Assembly (NCBI GenBank): GCA_020852705.1
Contig: JADZAP010000004.1
Coordinates: 81,486-145,485, forward strand
DNA: 64,000 nucleotides
Direction of reading: 5' to 3'
From: Ignavibacteria bacterium
GTDB taxonomy: Bacteria > Bacteroidota > Ignavibacteria > Tepidaquicellales > OLB5
Below are positions 59,802 to 64,000 of this stretch, one piece after another. Within the stretch, counting starts at the first letter, position 1. Each line of letters begins with the position of its first letter. The translations under genes and the position numbers were made by a program. The notes beneath the pieces are model-generated. The model searched no databases, was not told the origin of the DNA, and saw only the letters and a program-made list of their open reading frames with translations.

Positions 59802-60563
59802 TTATAACAGATATTTTTTTGCCCATACAGCAATTATGTTTCCAACATAAAAGGCATCATTTTTATTGAGCATTAAATGGTCAATATTATCAAGCGAAAT
59901 GAAGCTTTTGGGCTGGTTTGCCTGAGAGAATAATTTTAAGCCATTTTCAATTCCGCTGTAAGTATCGGCAGTAGAGTGCATAGCAAGATATGGCAAATGG
60001 ATGCCTTTTTGCAGCTCTGCTGCATTGTATTTTTCAATATCAGCAAAAAATTGCGGTTTAAAATTGAATTTAATACCTCCAATTTCAGTTTCAGCAACAC
60101 CCGTTTTAATGCTTTGCATTTTTGTATTTCTAAGTTTAATTGACATATTAGAAGGTTCAGCCGGTGCAGCAATAGTAACAAGTGCTTTTGGTGAATATAA
60201 TTTTGCAGAAGCAAATAAAATGGCTGCACCCCCAAGTGAATGTCCAATTAAGAGCTTTGGGGCAGAGTAATTGCGTTCAAGAAAATTTGCGGCAGATATA
60301 ACATCATCAATTTGGGTGGTAAAGTTAGAATCAGGAAAGCTTCCCTGACTGGAGCCGATACCGGTCATATCAAAGCGAAGCACTGCAATACCCTGTTTAG
60401 TTAAAGAACGGTTAATATTTGCAATTGCTTTTAATTTCATAGAGCAGGTAAAACAATGAGCAAATACTGCATAGGATGAGATATTTTCAGCAGAAGGTAA
60501 ATCAATTTCACCTGCAAGGGTAATATTTTTTGAATTTTTAAAATTTACTTCAATTGTTTTCAT
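59802..60563 (-). CDS. Alpha/beta hydrolase
   Basis: 253 aa. GHSLGG nucleophile elbow, an HCFTC region, and a C-terminal DH motif. Confidence 0.8.
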   Translation of the reverse strand: MKTIEVNFKNSKNITLAGEIDLPSAENISSYAVFAHCFTCSMKLKAIANINRSLTKQGIAVLRFDMTGIGSSQGSFPDSNFTTQIDDVISAANFLERNYSAPKLLIGHSLGGAAILFASAKLYSPKALVTIAAPAEPSNMSIKLRNTKMQSIKTGVAETEIGGIKFNFKPQFFADIEKYNAAELQKGIHLPYLAMHSTADTYSGIENGLKLFSQANQPKSFISLDNIDHLMLNKNDAFYVGNIIAVWAKKYLL

Positions 60564-60711
60564 ATTACAAAGATAATGAAATAGAAAATTATTTTAACAA
60601 CCACAGGTTTAAAACATTATCGAAATAAACTTACATATAAAATACATCATATATCCATTGACTTTAAGTATATAATACAATTTATTATTTTACCATAAAA
60701 TAAATAAAGCT

Positions 60712-61374
60712 ATGTGTACAAACTATGACAGATATATAACAGATAAAGAAATCAAGAAAAAAATGAAATCTTTAAAATATCCCTTAAAAAATGATGATGA
60801 GTTCACAGATGAAGACTATAAGAATCTGAAGGAAGGTGATTTACGACTGACCTCGCCAATAATGAGCATAAAGTTAAATGGAATTGCACCTGTTATCAGC
60901 ATAATGAAATGGTCTATAAACTGGAATCCCAAAATGCCGATTTATAACAGCAGGATTGAAACAATCCGTGAACAGTCTAGGTGGAAGACCATATTCAGCA
61001 AAAGCCGCTGTTTGATACCTGCAACATCATTTTACGAATACCGTCCGTTTGAAAATGATCCTCCGGATGTTGTAAAAATTAAAAAGGAAAAAAAGATAAA
61101 ACGGAAAACCAAGTTCAGAATAAGCGTTAAGGGTGAAAAATTCTTTTTCATAGGGGGAATATTTGTTTGGAACAAAGATTTTAATTACTGCAGTATGATA
61201 ACAACACCTCCTCATAAAGATCTGAAGAAAATCCCCCATCATAGATGCCCTTTAATTATTCTGTCTGAAGATGCAAAAGAATATCTGGAAGGTGATGCGG
61301 GATATCTTATTGACAGTATAAAGAGTTTTACAAATTCAAGAGAATTGGATATAAGCCAAAGCAGTGATTATTAA
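60712..61374 (+). CDS. SOS response-associated peptidase (SRAP/YedK family, abasic-site crosslinking)
   Basis: 220 aa. N-terminal Met-Cys (catalytic Cys2), NSRIET, RCLIPATSFYEY and HHRCP motifs parallel the SRAP consensus (MC..., NARSET, RCL.P..GFYEW, H.RMP). Confidence 0.8.
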   Translation: MCTNYDRYITDKEIKKKMKSLKYPLKNDDEFTDEDYKNLKEGDLRLTSPIMSIKLNGIAPVISIMKWSINWNPKMPIYNSRIETIREQSRWKTIFSKSRCLIPATSFYEYRPFENDPPDVVKIKKEKKIKRKTKFRISVKGEKFFFIGGIFVWNKDFNYCSMITTPPHKDLKKIPHHRCPLIILSEDAKEYLEGDAGYLIDSIKSFTNSRELDISQSSDY

Positions 61375-61377
61375 TTT

Positions 61378-62448
61378 ATGAGATTATTTTCAATAAATAG
61401 AACCTTTTCGGTATTATTAACATTAATTATTTTTTTTTCATGCAGTAAAAAAGAAAATGAACTTACTGATACTCATTTGAATAAGCCGCTGCGTGAAGCA
61501 ATTGTTGGTTATATGTCAGAGCCGGTTTTCCGAAATAAGGATTTTGTTCAGCAAATAACCGGCACAGAGGCAGACCTGAAGCTCTACGACCTTGATGAAC
61601 AAACTTTATACTTTGTAATAAATAAAACTGATTATGACAGCACAACATTAGATAAACTTACAATAGATAAAGGTGCAGTAGAATTTGGATTTGAACAAAA
61701 TGGAGATGTATTTTTAGGGCAATATACATTAAAAGGCACAGGGCGAAAGCTTTTCCGTTTCCCCAAAAATGATTTTAAACCGGATAGCAATGCAGTTGTT
61801 AAAGTAAAATTCAATAATGGTTTTGAATATATACAAAACATGAATGAACTTGCTGATTTTGCAGATGATAAATCAATTTACGGAGGCAAAACCAATTCTG
61901 AGATAAAATCAAATAAATATATGGCAAGTCATATAGCTTTTGTAAGCAACGGAATTGAGCCAAGTCTTAAAAGACTTACAGATAAAATAGTTAAGCCGGA
62001 GGGAACGCCAGAAATAAATTATCAATTGCTGCTGAATTTTGTAACTCAGCAAATTGAGTACAGTAAAAATGAGGCATACGGAGGATATGAAATTTTAAAA
62101 CGCCCGAATGAAGTTTTAATGTCAGGCAAATCTGATTGCAGCGGTATGGTAATTCTTTATGCTTCTCTTCTTGAGCAGGTTAAGGCAGATTACATATTAA
62201 TTTATTTTAAAGATCATATTGCAGTTGGAATTAACGGAAAATACAGAACAGTAAACGGGCTAAGGGTAAAATTTGAGAACAAGGATTATAATTATGCAGA
62301 GTGTACTGTGCAGGGTTTTAAAATTGGAGAGACAGAAATACTTGAGAAGGATTTAACAAACAGGATATTATTTATACAAAAACCCGGGAAAGATTCACCA
62401 TTTATAGATTATAAAACAGGAAAACCGATTACAATTAGTAATGAGTAA
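61378..62448 (+). CDS. Lipoprotein with C-terminal transglutaminase-like cysteine protease core
   Basis: 356 aa. Lipobox FFSCS. GKSDCSGMVILYASLL (Cys) followed by FKDHIAVGI (His) resembles the transglutaminase-like Cys-His core. The start is 3 nt after the SRAP stop. Confidence 0.5.
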   Translation: MRLFSINRTFSVLLTLIIFFSCSKKENELTDTHLNKPLREAIVGYMSEPVFRNKDFVQQITGTEADLKLYDLDEQTLYFVINKTDYDSTTLDKLTIDKGAVEFGFEQNGDVFLGQYTLKGTGRKLFRFPKNDFKPDSNAVVKVKFNNGFEYIQNMNELADFADDKSIYGGKTNSEIKSNKYMASHIAFVSNGIEPSLKRLTDKIVKPEGTPEINYQLLLNFVTQQIEYSKNEAYGGYEILKRPNEVLMSGKSDCSGMVILYASLLEQVKADYILIYFKDHIAVGINGKYRTVNGLRVKFENKDYNYAECTVQGFKIGETEILEKDLTNRILFIQKPGKDSPFIDYKTGKPITISNE

Positions 62449-62548
62449 TAAATAATGAGTAATAATTTTGCGAATATAAAGAATTATAAATAAAAATAAA
62501 TGTGAGAGGAAGGAAGTACTTTTAAAATGCTTTGTATATTGTTATATT

Positions 62549-63064
62549 TTAATGACCTTTGCTGCCAGACCTATGGGTTAAATAAATAGATACGGCAATA
62601 AGTAAAATACCAATGCTCAGATACAGAAGGTTTATCATTTCTGAATAATGGAAATTTATAGCATATTTAAAAAAAGTAACAATTAGCACCATAATAACAA
62701 CCTTTGCAATTTTTTCTTTCAGTGCATCAAGGTCGTGAATTATAAGCACACGAGAAGAAGTTTCATCAGTTTCAGCAATATCAATTTTGCTGATAAACAA
62801 TTCGTAAAGCCCAATGCCAAAGATAAGGAAAACAGTTCCTATGAGATAATAATCAATAGCACCAACAAGATGTGACACAGTAGTTTTGCCGAATTCTTCA
62901 TACGCCTGCGGTGAGGAAAATGCATGAGAAAACTCACCAATAACACCAAATACTTCAATAGTTCCCATAACAATCATAACCAAAGCAGAAATAATAGCAG
63001 AAATAACAGCAAGAAAAACCATATACCTGCTTTTCCAAAGAACTTTTTCAATAAACTGTATCAT
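62549..63064 (-). CDS. YqhA (UPF0114) family membrane protein
   Basis: 171 aa. The N-terminal FIEKVLWKSRYMV motif, 3-4 TM helices and a central LDALKEKIAKVV segment parallel E. coli YqhA. Confidence 0.6.
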   Translation of the reverse strand: MIQFIEKVLWKSRYMVFLAVISAIISALVMIVMGTIEVFGVIGEFSHAFSSPQAYEEFGKTTVSHLVGAIDYYLIGTVFLIFGIGLYELFISKIDIAETDETSSRVLIIHDLDALKEKIAKVVIMVLIVTFFKYAINFHYSEMINLLYLSIGILLIAVSIYLTHRSGSKGH

Positions 63065-63278
63065 TTAAATAGTACCCAAATTATTAATAAAAAAATTCAT
63101 TAGCGACAAAGATAATGATTTATGTTAAAAATAAAAAGAATTTACATATATATGTGATTTTTGTTAACTAAATCTGTTATAAACAATTATTTTTTACATA
63201 TTGCAAAAATTAAAATATTTTCATATTTTAAGTGAAATTAATTTATATAATAACATCAAATTCCATAAACTAAAAATC

Positions 63279-64000
63279 ATGAAGAAATTTACAACAATCT
63301 TCCTGGGAATGCTATTTATTGTTTTGAGCATAAATTCCCAGACAGGATTTAATTCAGTTCATTCCAAGGACGGCAGTTTTGTAATTGCCGTAGGTGATGG
63401 AGGAGCAATTTTTATTTCCTATAACGGAGGGCAGGATTTTGGCTCATACCCAAATGCCGGCTCATCAAATTTTAAATCGGTATATTCACTTAACAATAAA
63501 ATATGTATAGTTGGAGATGCAGGTACAGTTCAGGTAAGTAATAATTCAGGGGTTTCGTATTCAAATTACTCAATAGGCGGAGGTAACCTGAACGGTGTAT
63601 ATTTTATTGATGTAAATACCGGCTGGGCAGTTGGTGCAGGCGGCAGAATTGTTAAGACAGTTAACGGAGGAGTAAACTGGTCAAACCAGACAAGCGGAAC
63701 TGCTAATGATTTAAACGGAGTAAAGTTTATCAATTCCAATACAGGTTATGCATGCGGAAATAACGGCACAGTTGTTTACACAATTAATGGAGGTACATCA
63801 TGGAGCAGTTATTCCACCGGTACAACAAAAAACCTGCTTTCAATTGATGCTGTTAATCCAGCAATTGTTGCTACAGGAGCAGATGGAATTATAGCAGTTT
63901 ATAACGGCTCAAACTGGTCAATTAAGGATTATAAGAGTGTTATAAAACCTGATGTAAGAGGAGTTTCAATGCTAAACGCATCTGCCTTTTATACATGCGG
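63279..64000 (+). CDS. Secreted Ycf48/BNR-like repeat protein (3'-truncated by window edge)
   Basis: It is absent from the ORF track because no stop lies in the window. ATG 63279 opens MKKFTTIFLGMLFIVLSINSQ (signal peptide), followed by SYNGGQDF, SNNSGVSY, TVNGGVNW and TINGGTSW repeats like those of ORF 235-1506. Confidence 0.7.
   Translation, partial: MKKFTTIFLGMLFIVLSINSQTGFNSVHSKDGSFVIAVGDGGAIFISYNGGQDFGSYPNAGSSNFKSVYSLNNKICIVGDAGTVQVSNNSGVSYSNYSIGGGNLNGVYFIDVNTGWAVGAGGRIVKTVNGGVNWSNQTSGTANDLNGVKFINSNTGYACGNNGTVVYTINGGTSWSSYSTGTTKNLLSIDAVNPAIVATGADGIIAVYNGSNWSIKDYKSVIKPDVRGVSMLNASAFYTC

Noticed and set aside
59560-59826. 88-aa minus-strand ORF in the track.
   Set aside because: It overlaps the plus-strand structured RNA candidate and the 14-bp terminator hairpin. 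Its composition is odd and I recognise no motif. It is most likely spurious.
1-64000. Search for rRNA genes, additional tRNAs, transposases, integrases, reverse transcriptases and cas genes.
   Set aside because: Reading the ORF translations and intergenic regions turned up none. The only tRNA-like sequences are the intact gene at 19551-19624 and its 45-nt fragment at 23083-23127.

Overview
This is a visibly AT-rich bacterial chromosomal segment with about 55 protein genes and one tRNA. I found no rRNA, no CRISPR array and no transposase or integrase ORF. Five ORFs end in the NYPNPFNP...KIKF-type T9SS sorting tail. By inference this points to an FCB-group, Ignavibacteria/Bacteroidota-like organism. 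Most of the window is housekeeping or metabolic: dapA, two aldehyde dehydrogenases (one P5C-dehydrogenase-like), an M1 aminopeptidase, ribH, a FabK/NMO-like reductase, secA, ogt, a GH3 hexosaminidase, lhgO, sucC, gatB, tpiA, a thiolase-hbd-acd block, hslVU, rpoN, dprA, and several T9SS cargo proteins (Ycf48/BNR-like, FG-GAP, SBBP repeats). The only clearly accessory stretch is about 19.5-26 kb. It holds an intact tRNA(CAU) followed by a 3.4-kb islet bracketed by identical 110-bp direct repeats; each repeat is the 5' 45 nt of the tRNA plus 65 bp of its upstream flank. The islet carries hicBA plus four ORFs I cannot assign to any family: a PD-(D/E)xK-like protein, a two-TM protein, a Zn-ribbon tail-anchored protein and a small basic protein. 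After the islet come a 158-bp imperfect tandem repeat, a degraded nucleotidyltransferase remnant and a CopB-type (CPH motif, His-rich) P1B ATPase. This islet is my best candidate for an undescribed accessory or defence module, but its function is pure inference. The second notable item is a ~147-nt candidate sRNA at 59572-59718. It has a 13-bp closing stem, two inner hairpins, two CCUCCUG anti-Shine-Dalgarno-like heptamers, a U8 tract and a second strong terminator. Smaller oddities are a 1-nt frameshift in a T9SS cargo gene, N-terminal extensions on RibH, HslU and HslV, and a lipoprotein with a C-terminal sortase-like tripartite signal. All calls come from reading the sequence and the ORF translations. 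No database search was run.
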